Below, in pieces: positions 50,045 through 62,378 of a DNA stretch of 64,000 nucleotides. Positions within the stretch are counted from its first letter, which is position 1. Every line of letters begins with the position of its first letter. A program made the translations under genes and the position numbers. The stretch is from Podarcis muralis. Lineage: Eukaryota. The stretch spans positions 49,910,001 to 49,974,000 of the forward strand of contig NC_135655.1 of assembly GCF_964188315.1 (NCBI RefSeq), in the 5' to 3' direction. A model generated the notes under the pieces. The model did no database searches. It was not told the DNA's origin and saw nothing but the letters and a program-made list of their open reading frames with translations.

Positions 50045-53000
50045 GCCCTGCAATTCCCATATACTCAAGTCTGTGCTACTCTTCCAACTACTGTATACTG
50101 CTAACAGGTTCAACTGTGGACCATACTACACTACATGCATCCATATGTATCTTCCCTCTAATTTTCTTTTTTAACAGAAAACAACCTCTAGATCAGGTGT
50201 GGATCAGGAAGCTTTTTAGCAAGATCTTCATCTCCCCACACCCTGCAGGCTAACTTTGATAGGTGAGTCAGTGAGCTGTCAATCAGCTGATGTCATAATG
50301 TTGTCAACATGCATTTCTGCATCTAGATGATGCAAGCTTCACCAGAGGTACAACAAGAGGAGCTGTGGAACTCTTTACCTGCTCGTTTTTCTACTTTAAA
50401 TTGTTCCCCTCCCCAGCTGGTTTTCTCCAGAAATGATAAGGGGAAAAGGAATATGGTGAGAAGATGAGCAACACGACAATGAGAAATTATTATCCTGTCC
50501 ATACAGGGGCAAGAGTGAAAAGAAATGGTACTATGTATTTCCAGAATTAAAGTTTTACATTTGATGTGGTGGAGGAAAGGAAAAGTTTGTAGATATCCAT
50601 GGTTTAGCGTTGCCTCTCATCATAACCTTAATGCTATGAGCCTGAACAAAGCACTACTGTCACACACTCCCCCCTTCTCCTTGCCTCCTCCTGCATGGCT
50701 AAATCAGCAGAATTTACTTTAGCTTTTAAAGAATCCCAGCTTAGTTACAATTGGACCAAGGATGTTGTTTTTATAGAAACTTCAGTTAGCCTATCAAAAC
50801 AGGCCAGCTTCATAATCCATGGTTTCGAGTTGACTTGCTATGAAACTTACTAGAGTTTTGTTTTAAACCAGGATTCCTGGTTCAAAAATAATGCTAAGCC
50901 AATATACTTTAAAAGTGGAACTATACTCTGCCAGTATCCCTCTCCCAATTGCACAGGAGGAGGAGGAGGGAGGAGAGTCAGTCTTTCTCAAGCTCATTCT
51001 AGCTAAACCATCATTTAGCATTATGTGCAAATGCAACCAGAGTGTCATGCAGGCAGGTGGATTTTAAAAAAGGAAAAATCTACACATGGCTGTATTATGC
51101 ATATTATGGAGGAGGGAACATAAACATGGGTCAAACAGTCAATAATAAAAGAACTGTAACTCTTTTCTCCTCCACACTACTATGCAGAGTATGCATTTAG
51201 ATAGAAATAGAAACTGCAGGAACCTCAGGTGTTCGGCCAGTTTGTAAGGAAAAACACCTACCTTTCTGAGCTGTGTCCCAATAGCACCACCCAGCATATT
51301 CTGATGTAGATAATGGACAATGTTCTTCTGTGTCTCTCGCTGATGGAAGAACACTCCTGTTTTTCTGACCATGGATCCATGGAAAGCTTCTCCTGCCAGA
51401 CAAAAGCAAAAGTTATATTACTACCTACTTACATGCTCACTTAGGACAGATTTCAGGTTTTTAAAAAATAAAATAAAAATGGACACATACCCCAAACTGG
51501 AGCCAGGTGCAATGAAACAAATTCTAGACAGTTTTCAAAACAAGCCACTTCAAATCATGAGTTATAATATAGGCTGGCTTGTTAAATTAACCAGAACCTA
51601 TTTTAAACTGCAGTCTCTGGTTTAATTGTAATAACAAGCCAGGATTCTGTGAAAGCAAAATAAAACACTGCTGAAGTCTCTTGCTGGACATGTTGAAGGA
51701 GGTAGGGCGTATACAAGCCCAAGTTTGGGTTGGACTGATTCCAGCTTCTTACACATTTAATGCTAAACTACTACATGCAAAGTACTCCACTGAGCTCAAT
51801 GAGGCTTACTCTCTGGTTAAGTATGAATAACATTGCAGGTTAACTCTCACTACACTAGACTAGGAGCAGCAAACTTTGGCAACCACTGGTTAGGTGGGCG
51901 TATAATATTGAGCGGTTTAAGTTTCTGAGCTACTCAAACTCTTCAGTTGGCTGGGTGTTAAGCAAAAAAAACCCACAAAAAACAAAATAGCAGAGGGCAA
52001 TGAGAAGACTATGCAAGGAAATAACAATGGCTGCAACAGGCCTGAAAAAAACAGAGGCTGTATTTTGCCCCCTTTCTGAACTGAAATAGGTTAGCAGTCA
52101 GTATAGCTCTACCAGGTTAAAAATGAGCTAAAAACTAAGGTAGCTGGAGACATCATTCTTAAAGCACAGTGGAAGAAAATAAATATTGGCCCAGTTTAGG
52201 ATAAAAGCACAATATTCCAGGTACTTCCAAAAGAATGAGTACATAAACCCCATCCAAGCCCCCCGGATTTCCTGCAGAAACAGAATATTCCAGGTTTGTT
52301 CTGTAGCCTACAGAAAATGTGCAGAGCTATTGGCAGGCTGTTCTCAACAAACAAACCTGCTGACTCTTCATGGAAAAGTCTAAAAACACTGTTGTCCAGG
52401 GAGAATTTTGCTGAGCAACTCAGCTTGGGATTTGTTTTCGAACATTGGTTCTGTGTTTTGTGTTTAATTACCAGAGGCATCTACAGCAACACAGAATCTG
52501 ACTGCAACATATCTAATCACCCCCAAAGCAAAGGAATACGGCATATTGCAATTTCTTAGGAGTCAGACGACAACAGTCCTCAACACGAGGTAGAAGCAGA
52601 TTAAATGAAACTCTTGAGACATGTATTTTTGCAAGGAAGGGTCCATAATAAAACAAAAGTGTTTCCTTAGTCAACCAAAAGGTGAGAATATTAAGGATGC
52701 AACCCCCATTCAAATAACAGCAAAACTCCCCACGGATTTTAACTGGCCTGGTAAATCTCTCTGTCATAGCAGCATACATAAAAGGGGGCACAAACAGAGG
52801 TGTTGAGTGCTCCCCCATCCCTGGCAAGTACTTTTCTTATAGTCAGTCTTACTTTAAACCCGAGATTTCCAAACTGTGTGCTGTGACACCGTAGTGTGCA
52901 CTTTGTAGGTGTGTCGCGTGAACACTTCCTGCACTCTTCCCGGGGCTGGAAAGGGGGTAGTTTAACCTCTGGTTTCCTAGTAAAACTGAATTACTGTGTT

Positions 53001-55005
53001 GCAAGTTGATGCATGCCTAAAAAGTGTGTCACCAACATGGAAAGTGGAAAGCTCTGCTTTAAACAGTGGAGCATGAGAGTGCCTGAAAAGGGTTTAAACA
53101 TTCCACACTCTACTGGCCCTTTCCACCGCATGAATGGGGCAGACTCAGATTTCAAAAGATGCAGTCTCATTATTGCCACATACAATATTGGTTCTCTGTC
53201 ATTCCTCAGCTGGGAGACTCCTCATCAGAGGACAACCTGTAGTCCCCAGCACTACCACAAGCCTGGGATCAGACTCAGGCTGAGGGGAGGCCATCCACAC
53301 CACAAGTGAGTTCAGCTTCTGGGGTTGCGTGTGCACAAGTCCTGAGTCTGGAGGAGAGATGGCACCTCAAATGCTAGACAAGATCCACTTCAATAGAAGG
53401 GCCTGTCTGCAGACAAGCACTCCATAGGGGCCAATGATACTTCTGGATGAAGGCAGCTGATAGGAGTCATCTGGATTTAGGGTGTGAGTCCAGCACTTCC
53501 AACTCAAAAAAAACCCCCATACTTGGCTGGAAGAACTGCTGGAACAATGCTTTTGTACCAGAACTGTGACAGATTTGGCTGACTGACTAGCCTAAGCCTG
53601 ACCTCAGACCTGTCACCTGCCATGCCTTTGTTTGCCCATGGATTAAACTTGAAGATGACCTCAGACTATCCCGAGCTTGCCTCTCGCTAGGCTTCTTGTT
53701 TTAGGCCCTGATTACTTGGACCATAACCTTGGATACCACTTCTGCTTGTGCTCCTGTCAGTATTGCCTGAACCCTAATCCTGTTTCCTAAAGAATCTAGT
53801 GAGAGCAGTACAGCCCAATTTTGAACATGCATGTGTCCAATGCTTTTACACTTCTAGCCTTATCTGCACTATTGAGAGACTTCTAATGTCAAAAGACTTT
53901 TAACACAGAGAGTTATATTTGGACCTGCTTATATCATGAAGATTATTTCTTTAAGAGGCTTTATTTTCTAACGTTTTTCGGGTTGTACCAAGCTTCATCT
54001 TCTTTTTAAAGCCAGTGCAGTTTTTTGAACAACACTCGTAAAATAACATTCAAACAAAAACTAAGTGAAGGGTTAAAATAGGTCCATAAAGGGAGATATG
54101 GAAAAGATAAAGTGCTTTTACCAGATAAATTGGAAAGGCAAAATATACTGGACTGCTGAATGGGATAAATAAGTCTCAAGGAAAGTTGACCAAATGTTCC
54201 TGTACTTGTCTTTGTGTTCACATCAATGCATTACTAGTTCAAATAAGGAAAGGGAGTGTAAACCATTCATTCACTGTTGTATGGAAAGGAACAGCTTCTC
54301 CTTCCAGCATTGAAGCACCATTCATTTCTCTGACCCTGGAGCACACATGACTCAGGGCCCAGTGGTAAATAGCAAGAATGCAATTGTAAAACATGCATAT
54401 ATCTGAAATATAATGAAGTTTGCAGGACCAAATTAAATAATTACCAGAACTCAAAAAGTGTTACAACTGAGCAGCCCCACATGAAGCGACAAAGAATTTG
54501 ATTTCTGCTTCACATTGCTGTGCAAAGCAAACTTTTAAAACTCTCCCAATTTTACTATGTGGGGATTAAATTACCTTTGTTAGTTAAGTGGCAAACCACC
54601 AAAACAAGCTGCATTTAGAGCTGATTTCATTATTACTATTTTGGCCTAGAGAGAAGCAAAAGGCTTGCAGGAAAAAATGACAGGGGAAAAGATTAAATAT
54701 GAAGAGATCAAATTACATGTACCCATGGTCTGTTAGCAATAGCAACTATCAGAACAAACAATACCAACAGAATCAAATTGCATTAGCATTACATTGACAC
54801 ATATGAGAAATGTATGTTTGAAGGCCTTACCCATTTTCTCCAGAATCTTGGGGGCTTTTTTCACAAGTAATTTATTTGCATATGGCACATTTTCCAGCTC
54901 TCTGGTGTCTCGCTTCCTTTTCCCAGTTGTTTTTGCCTCTTTTTCTGATGGACACTCAGGAGACTTTTGTAGTTTCTTGTCCCTTGACTGCTTCCCAGGT
55001 GCCAT
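36991..55005 (-). CDS. DDB2: DNA damage-binding protein 2, complete spliced CDS: complement join(55005-54831,51392-51262,49977-49786,48540-48395,44577-44478,44018-43841,42336-42191,41625-41461,39898-39853,37247-36991), 511 aa
   Basis: 10 GT-AG exons sum to 1536 nt in one open frame. Motifs: DDB1-binding helix [36 protein letters not shown] (WDxR), [11 protein letters not shown] (FQH DNA wedge), [17 protein letters not shown]. Confidence 0.97.
37580..37614. repeat. (ATG)/(AAT)n microsatellite
   Basis: Direct reading. Confidence 0.9.
38893..39376. mobile_element. Tc2-like MITE in the last DDB2 intron
   Basis: CCGTATTTTTCCATGTATAAGA / TCTTATACATGGAAAAATATGG, TA flanks, internal GGC/ATTGG-rich repeats. 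Confidence 0.85.
39853..39898 (-). CDS. DDB2: DDB2 coding exon 9 ([15 protein letters not shown])
   Basis: 46 nt, ttgcag acceptor, donor TGG|GTGAGT. Confidence 0.95.
40798..40930 (-). mobile_element. SINE with tRNA-Lys(CTT)-like head and CR1-derived 3' tail
   Basis: Minus strand reads tcttaatctcagggtggtgggttcaagccctacgttgggca (tRNA-Lys 3' half with B box), then gattcctgcattgcagggg...ccttccaactctacagttctatg (CR1 tail). Confidence 0.8.
41461..41625 (-). CDS. DDB2: DDB2 coding exon 8 ([18 protein letters not shown]...GIIS)
   Basis: 165 nt, ttttag acceptor, donor TCG|GTAAGT. Confidence 0.97.
42191..42336 (-). CDS. DDB2: DDB2 coding exon 7 (AYFSPTDG...[11 protein letters not shown])
   Basis: 146 nt, ccccag acceptor, donor AAG|GTGAAG. 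Confidence 0.97.
43438..43652. mobile_element. Second copy of the same Tigger-like MITE, opposite orientation, in a DDB2 intron
   Basis: CAGTGGTACCTCGGGTTA...TAACCTGAGGTACCACTG, TA flanks, reverse-complement homology to 1185-1426. Confidence 0.9.
43841..44018 (-). CDS. DDB2: DDB2 coding exon 6 ([13 protein letters not shown]...WDLR...PVNA)
   Basis: 178 nt, actgcag acceptor, donor CAG|GTAAGA. Confidence 0.97.
44478..44577 (-). CDS. DDB2: DDB2 coding exon 5 (FWYCSVDVS...[14 protein letters not shown])
   Basis: 100 nt, tttttag acceptor, donor AAG|GTTAGT. Confidence 0.96.
48395..48540 (-). CDS. DDB2: DDB2 coding exon 4 ([14 protein letters not shown]...TDNW)
   Basis: 146 nt, ttatag acceptor, donor GGA|GTAAGA. 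Confidence 0.96.
49786..49977 (-). CDS. DDB2: DDB2 coding exon 3 (CLQVPF...[12 protein letters not shown]...FIKG)
   Basis: 192 nt, gtaacag acceptor, donor GGG|GTAAGT. Confidence 0.97.
49994..50041. repeat. (GA)24, which is (TC)24 in the DDB2 polypyrimidine tract
   Basis: Direct reading; ends 16 nt before DDB2 coding exon 3. Confidence 0.95.
51262..51392 (-). CDS. DDB2: DDB2 coding exon 2 (EAFHGS...[21 protein letters not shown])
   Basis: tctggcag acceptor, 131 nt, phase fits, donor AAG|GTAGGT. Confidence 0.92.
54831..55005 (-). CDS. DDB2: DDB2 coding exon 1 (MAPGKQ...KILEKM); the exon probably begins at 55017
   Basis: MAP start as in vertebrate DDB2, basic N-terminus with GKRKR, acceptor gtctttctcag, donor TGG|GTAAGG. 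Confidence 0.88.
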
Positions 55006-55199
55006 TCTAGTAAATCACTGAGAAAGACCAACAGAGTGGGGGATATAGTCATAGAAGAACTCTTTAGATTCTTAAGAAAAGTAGCATACATTTTTAAAGT
55101 AGCTTAAAATGGAAGTAAACAGCAAATGTAACATGAGATTTCAAGCCCCACCATTTCATAAATCCTCACCAATACTTTCTTATTATGCATTCTCTTTTT

Positions 55200-55370
55200 A
55201 CATTTATATCCCAGTTTTCTTCCATCATGGAACTCCAGATAGCATGCAAAAGTTCTGAGGAGGTTCTGAGGAAGTCCAAGGTCACCCGGCAGCTGTATGT
55301 GGAGGAGCAGGGAAGAGAACCCGGTTCACCAGATTATGAGTCCACCGTTCTTAACCACTACACCACACTG
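55200..55370 (-). mobile_element. tRNA-derived SINE in the DDB2 first intron
   Basis: Minus strand cagtgtggtgtagtggttaa (A box)...gaaccgggttc...gggtgaccttgg. Confidence 0.6.
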
Positions 55371-57099
55371 ACTTTCCTTTCTGCTAGATCCAACAACCCC
55401 CTCAGTCAATTTCATTTCTTCCCAGAAACTAAGGATTGCTTGCTTAGTACTGTATAGGTATTCTTCTCCCTTCCCTTGATCTTAAGAGGATAAGAGCAAG
55501 GAATATCAGAAAACAAAGAATTGCCATGAAATTGCCATAATTGAAGTTGTTCAATCTCTGAAGCATCAGACGTTAGTAACTGACTGGATGAGGGCAAAAC
55601 AGACTGAAGCTTAATCCAGACAAGACAGATTCGGAACAGATAAAGTACTTCATTATGCAGCGCAGAGTTAAACTATGCAATCGACCTCAATAAAATAATA
55701 TTCTTGTGTACAGTCTATAGATATTTTAACTTGAAGCAGTCATAAGGTGTTTAATTATTCTACAGTTGCATTTCATAATTATTATTTTTGAATTATTATT
55801 AAATTTATTACCTGCCCTTCATCAACAGCTCCCAGGGTGGGTTACAACAATTTAAAATTCAGTGTTAAAAACAGGTCAAACAAATAGTCACAGGAAAAGG
55901 TTGGTAACTTGAAACACACACACATCTCAGATGCCAAATGCTAGGGTAAATAAACAACAGCCCAGTAATGAGAAGCAGACCGGTAGTGGTTGTAAGCAGG
56001 GGGAGATGAAAAATCAGAGTGGGGTGGGACTGCGTTCATATCAATTATTCTCAGCAGGAATAAAACCTCATTTAATTCTGAATAAAACATACCAAAACGA
56101 ACTGATTATATTTTATTCTGTAAAGGCAACATGCCTGGGGGGTAAAATAATGTGAAATAGTGAAAGCACTTTGACAAACATACTCCAGTATCCTCAATCC
56201 AGCTTCTCCTGTTTTCCCCCCTGCTGCTCTGAGGGGCTTCTCCCAAGTCCCAAGTGGGGAGCAGGAGGTCAACATTCATTCGTCTGATTGCTTAGGGACA
56301 GTCCTTAACAATGGTGCTGCCTGCCGAGTGCCAAAGCATTGAAGCTACCTCCATGTTTTGTGCCCTTTCTTCAGAAATGGCCAAGTGATTTACTTTTTTA
56401 TAAAAAATGAAAGTGAAAAATTGGGAGGGGGTTTTCTGCTGGTCTTGGGTCCCCCAAATCCTACTCCTTTTACCCATCTGTTAGTGGTCCTGGGTCAACC
56501 TGTATTCAAAAGGCACTGGAAGGAAATGTAGCCAATGGTTTCTAGACAAATTATGCCACTTCCTGCTCTTTCCAAATACATTTATAATAGTTTCCTAATG
56601 GCCATATGATATTTAATGACAAAGCAACTTATGTTACCACATGTTTATTATCAAGATAGATAAGTAGAAGGAGTTGTGGCATAGCTAGTGTGTGGCAGTG
56701 TGCATTTGAATGAGACCCTCAGAACAAAATCCCTGTTTAACACCTTGTGTTGTCAGTGTCCTTAATAATAATAACAATGATGATACTTTGGGGCATTATT
56801 CAGTGGCTAAAAAGCTCCCCTTTCATGCTGACTGGGCAGCTCTAGGACGCTGGAGACAGGGCAGGGACCTTCCTGCATGAAAAAAAAATAACGGGTCTTC
56901 GACCCCTGCAACCCTGAAATACTACACCACTCATCTTAACACATAAAATATTTTCACCAGTCTGGAGCAATAGCCAAGTGCAATGATCAGAAAAGAAAGG
57001 AAAAAATTCAAGAAACCACCGTAGAAGGAAATACTGCAGGGGGGCTACTCCTCCTCTCTCTCCCTCAAATACAGCACGTGAAACAACTTTCAGTTTTAT

Positions 57100-57800
57100 G
57101 TAAGTTGAATATTATTAGCATACCAGAGGCGGGCCAAATAGTACAAGGCTGCCTAAATAGAACCGCCCGCCCTCCCCGCCCTGGACCAAAACGAAAAAAG
57201 CCCACCGCCTTTCAGGCGTGAGGGGACTTTGAAATAAGGCTGGGGGCAGCAAGGCGGAGCCTGAAGCAAAGAAGGAGGTCCTTGGCGTCAGATAGCGAGA
57301 AGCAGGGAATGCAAGCGAAGGGGAGGGCTGTGTATCCTTCCGAGGGGCGAAAGCGCCTCCCGAGCGCGGGTGCCTCCGCCACAAGTTGCAAGGGGTGCAA
57401 AGGGGAAGCGGTAGCCAAGGGCGCCCCCTCACCTGAACTCCCTTGACCGCACGCTCCTTGCTAACGAGGCCGCCCCGGCTGAGGAGTGGATGGACAAAAG
57501 GCGCGGGAAGAAGGAGCCGCCTCCTCGCCGGTTTCATAACCTGAGCGGGGTGGGGGGGGATGTAGAGGAAGGAAGGAGGGAGGGAGGGAGCCGAGAAGAG
57601 CTTTACGCGGGAAATTAGTCGGGTTCCGGCGTGGCTTCGGATTGGGAACCGTGTGGCTGGCACGCAGCCTCCCTCGGCTGGGCGCTTTCTCTTTCCTCTC
57701 GCCGGAAGGAGGCGCTACGAAATGGTCTGCAGCTGCACCGAGAAAGAGCTCTCCCCGCGGCCTTATGTTTACGTATAACCTAAACAAGCTATAGCTTAGG
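57100..57800. promoter_or_regulatory. CpG island, DDB2 promoter
   Basis: High GC and CpG density upstream of the DDB2 ATG exon; inverted CCAAT (ATTGG) near 57640. Confidence 0.8.
57433..57600 (-). other. DDB2: Probable DDB2 5' leader exon (upstream boundary uncertain)
   Basis: Within a CpG island, with a strong minus-strand donor CAG|GTGAGG at 57433/57432. Confidence 0.5.
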
Positions 57801-58321
57801 GCCGCACTCTCTTAGAGCCCCCCCAAAAAAATTAAAGGGGAAAAAACGATGTACATTTCCGAAATATAAGATAGAAAACAAATAAAACCTATATAGAGCA
57901 ACAGGGTTTTGTGTTGTATAGGCTCCTATTGGTTATGTGCAAATGGCTTTAGATACCTATTAGGTCCATAAATTACCATATAGTATATATTCAACACAAA
58001 AAACAGCGACAATTTGTTGTTGACAAAGGACAGCAGGGGCCCATTACCTTCAGTAGCTTTGGGCCTAATTAAACCTTAATCTGGCCCTGATTGCACCAGA
58101 ATTTGGTCCTGGCGCCCGATTTATTTGTTCTTTAAATCGTAGGAAGAGAGATGCAGTATAGGAGGGTGATTGCTTCTTTAAGTGCCGCCGGGAAGCATCC
58201 TCAGGGGGGAAAGAAAATAGTTTATCTGAGCGTGTGCAGAGTGCCACGGCCATAACCACTGGCAGCTCAAGTGCACAAACAAGTTTGGCCTAAACTATAT
58301 TCGAGCCCCGGCAGCAGTTAG

Positions 58322-58498
58322 CATAGGAGCCAACTCCTAGGGGCCGAGGGGGTCTTCGCCCTCTCCCCCCCCCAAAAAAAAATGATGGGCATTGCCATTC
58401 AAATGGTGTGAGTGCACTGTGTCATGTGATTGGTTATGCAGGTGGGGCTTACCTAGGGGACCCCCCCCCCCAATATTTTATTCAAGTTGGCACCCCTG
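58322..58498. mobile_element. hAT-type MITE
   Basis: CATAGGAGCCAACT / AGTTGGCACCCCTG, TSD GCAGTTAG/GCACTTGG (6/8). Confidence 0.6.
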
Positions 58499-61400
58499 GC
58501 ACTTGGAAACAGCTAATGGGAAAGTAGAGGTTGGGAGATAAATCCCCAAAAGGGAAAGAAATCCATGAATGTAGTGTGCTACATTTGTGACATTGTTTAT
58601 TCCAGCTCCTACTGGACGACACTCGTGGACATGGTGCAGTAGCGCATAAAAAGCTGGGAACCATGGAAAGTTCCAAGCTAGCATGGATTCATATATGAAT
58701 GTTTCCCCATTTAAGAAACCCCATGCATGGGGGGGGGGGCATGTTAGGAAGGTGTGACAAGAATGGTATCTCAAATACAACATTTGCTACTTATTGTTTT
58801 TGCAATGTTTTAAATAGCTATTTTTAACTTTTTCACTGGTAATTCCATTGTTTTATTCTTTTTATAAACAATTTTGAAGGTGTATTTTCTTACAATCGAG
58901 GTATAATTTTCTTTATTAAATAAATAACATTACAGATTTTAGGCAGGAACCACTTGAATGTGATTCCTTATCCTACAGTCTGAAGCTATATGGTCAAGTT
59001 AAGAATTGCATCAAATGTTTCTGATTATGTAGCTCAGTACTCTGGTTCTCATGAAGATGGAAGCTTTTCTATGCTTCTCTTAGGTGGCTGTTCTACTGTG
59101 AGATTGTGTTGCTGGCAGCCCCTTCCTATACTTCAGGTTATTGACCACTAACTAAATCATGTGCCCATTAGGCAGGGATATCAGCCTGAAACCCTCTTTC
59201 TGGCTTGTATACATTCACCAAACCATCTGTACACTCCCTGCATATGTATGCAAATTTTTTATGTGTGGCCAGGGATCCTAGGCACACATAGTTAGGTAGC
59301 TCATTAAAATTAAGTTTCATTTCATTCTGTACCTTAAAACATGCAGAAGTCACCTAGGATTATTTTTTTACATGTATAATAATTTTTAATTAGCAGCAAT
59401 CTTTCATGCACTCTGTCAATGTCAAAAGGAAAAGGACTTCCAGCACAGATTCATTATTAGGAAAGCAAAATGATGGACAAATGGCAATACTCTGCCAGGA
59501 AGGAAAGAGCAATCAAGAGCTGCCAAATGAGAGAGGGAAAGAACAATCAAATGCAAATTGCATCAGGCATATTTTAATCTATTATTGATGCTGAAATTGA
59601 TTAAAAAGCCAAATTAATCAATTCATTATTTCAGCTCTAATTGTATCCACAGTCAAACCTCATTTGAGTAAATTAAAAGGCACACATTGGATGCATTTTA
59701 CAAGCTACTTTTTCTGGAATAGTCTATGCTGCTGTTCCGGATTATTCATTGCTCTCATTGTCTTCTTTTCAGAGACCTATGGATTCCCATCCATTGTCAA
59801 TGGTTATTCAGTAACAGCAAATTGTCAAAAAATATATATAGATGTTTCCTTTTACATCCTATTCATAAACCCTGAGACATCAGTTACTTCACCAGCTTGA
59901 GAAGGATATATAAATCAACAGCTAAAGGGAATGCTTTGCCATGGACTAATTGGGATTTTTGTCATACTAATTTGCCTTTGCTTCACATTTGAAAGCATAA
60001 AACATACTGTATGAGATTTACTTCCAAGTAAATGCGCACAGAACTGCAGCCTTATAATTATGTTAAAAATAAATGTCACAAGTGGATGTAGCATTAGAAT
60101 AGGGGTCTGGATCTGGCCAACAGGCCATCTCCCCTTGCCCACCCCCGCCCACCCCCAGGCCAAGTTTGACAAGTGGATCTACCCACCTAATAATCACTAG
60201 ATGTCACTTTGCCAATGAAGTGTGCACAACACTTGTCTGCTGCCAACAATCAGCTGGTGGGTGAGAGTGGGGAAGCCCTGTGCACAGGTCTATTTCATTC
60301 ATTCTATTTCATTTATCCATCTATTTATTTATTTTAATAATTGACATACCACTTAACTGCAATAGCTTCTAAGCAGTTTACAGAAATACAAGAGAAGCAA
60401 TACAAATAATTTGAAACTATAATAAATTTAAAATGCATGCTGGGATAAAAAAAAAAGGCTTGAGTAGGCACCAGAGGTTCAGCAGGGATATTCACTGTGA
60501 TATTCAGTGCTGTGCTAGGAAGGGATTTCCCCTGTGCCAACAATGAGCTGATCATCGGTGTCTGCAACACACTTTAGTTGGATCAGGGCCACTGCCTCCC
60601 TTGTTCCATGAATCCCAACGGCTGCCACCCTTCCTTGTAATTCAACACAACCATTGCCTCAGTTTTGCATACCAGAAGACCAGGAACTAACCTTTCTGAG
60701 CAAGCACACTTGGCACATCTCTGCTAACTCCCAAGGTGATTGTGGGTTTGTTTGTTTTTTAAGATGGATTTTAATCCAGACAATTGTTTGTAGACAGAAT
60801 ATTACAGTTGAGCCGCTGTACTGAAGGGGGAAGGATCTTGCCCTGAGCAGTACTTTGATGGGAAACCACCTGGGAATCATGTGTAAGCCACTCTGAGATT
60901 CTTGGAGGAAAAGCGGAGTATAATAAAGTGCAAACATATAATGAAAGACCTGGTGCGCTGAACCTGGGTGGCCCTGTTTTTATTGGTTTTGAAGCAAATG
61001 GATGCCACCCACAGAGAAGATAGTGGATGCTACATCCAAAGCAAACTCCCCCAGCTATGCGGAAGTATAACAGTGTGTAAATAAATAAATAACCAAAGCA
61101 GGCTGATAAGGACCTGTGCTAATCTGTTCCTAGGCCTTACAAAATACTGAGGACAACTGTTGGTGTCAGTTTGGTACGGGGGAGAAGGGAAATTGAGCAA
61201 GAAGACTTATTTGGCCTGAGATCTTAAAGCAGGGACAGAGAACCTGTGACCTTCCATACGTTGTTGGAACTCCTATCAGTCCCAGCTAGCATGACCAATT
61301 GTTAGGGATTATTATTAAGTTGGAGTCCAGCATCTGTAGAGCTGCATGTTCCCTGGTCCTGATGCACAGTATCCTGGAGATAGGAATTAGGAAGCTGAGG

Positions 61401-62093
61401 CTGTGTTCCATGGAGTTCAAAGCTGCCAACCCACACTTTGTATGGGAAGTTTCAGGAAGGAATAAATATTTTCTTTTCACACTCTTCGGAAGCTTTACCT
61501 TTATGTATCAATAACGTGTTTAGGTTGAGCTGGATGTCAGTGCTGAACCTCAGACCTTGAGCATTATAAATAGTATGGGAAAAAGTTTCAGGCAGGTAGG
61601 TGGGGGGGAGGAATAGCGTCTAAAGACTTTTCTCTTTTTTCTCTGTCCCTTCCTGCAAACTCTGAACAGCATTACACGTCTTCTCTTCCAGCAGTGGCTG
61701 GAAGGACGGAAGCATTCCTGTCAGTCTGCAGATACAAGGCAACATTTTGTTGTACAGGGTGAGTTCTTTAAAAGACGCCCCGTGGATACAGAGCACACAT
61801 GTTCCATGGGGCCTCTTTTAAAAGACTCGCCCTGTATGTTCCATTTCAAGTGTCCTTATTTCAACTTTAGGATTCAGTGTAAATATTTATGAAAGATGAA
61901 AAATTGAACTGACTCATTAAATATTAAGAGAGTTATGTGTTTAGAAAAGAAGAACAACATCAACAACACCCATATACCTGGCCATGTTACCTGTCTTTTG
62001 TGGAAAAACCAGTGAAATGTCTTCTGGCACCTTAAAGACAAACACATTTCTTATGACGTAAGCCTTTGGGCACTACAGTCCATTTTCATAATA

Positions 62094-62378
62094 TAATAAT
62101 AATAATAACTTTTATTTATATCCCGCCCTCCCCAGCCGAAGCCGGGCTCAGGGCGGCTAACAACAATCAAATAATCAAATAATCCAACATTCTAAAAACA
62201 TTCCATTTTAAAAATTAATTAAAATCAAATTGATGGCAACCGTTAAGCAAAATTCTGTGCAGATTGCCAGAGGAGGGAGTCAACCCTGACCAAAGGCCTG
62301 GTGGAACAGCTCTGTCTTGCAGGCCCTGCGGAAAGATGTCAGGTCCCGCAGGGCCCTAGTCTCTTGTGACAGAGCGTT
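62094..62378 (-). mobile_element. L2-like LINE 3' end with (TAA)n tail
   Basis: Minus strand ends ttagccgccctgagccc...gagggcgggatataaataaa followed by an ATT repeat. Confidence 0.65.

Noticed and set aside
56774-56832. C/D-box-like ATGATGA...CTGA in the DDB2 first intron
   Set aside because: There is no terminal stem or D'/C' boxes, and it is on the strand opposite the host transcript
57781-58286. Possible p53 response elements near the DDB2 promoter (AAACAAGCTA at ~57782, AAACAAGTTT at 58277-58286)
   Set aside because: Only single half-sites; the partner decamers fail the consensus. A PWM scan is needed before claiming presence or absence.
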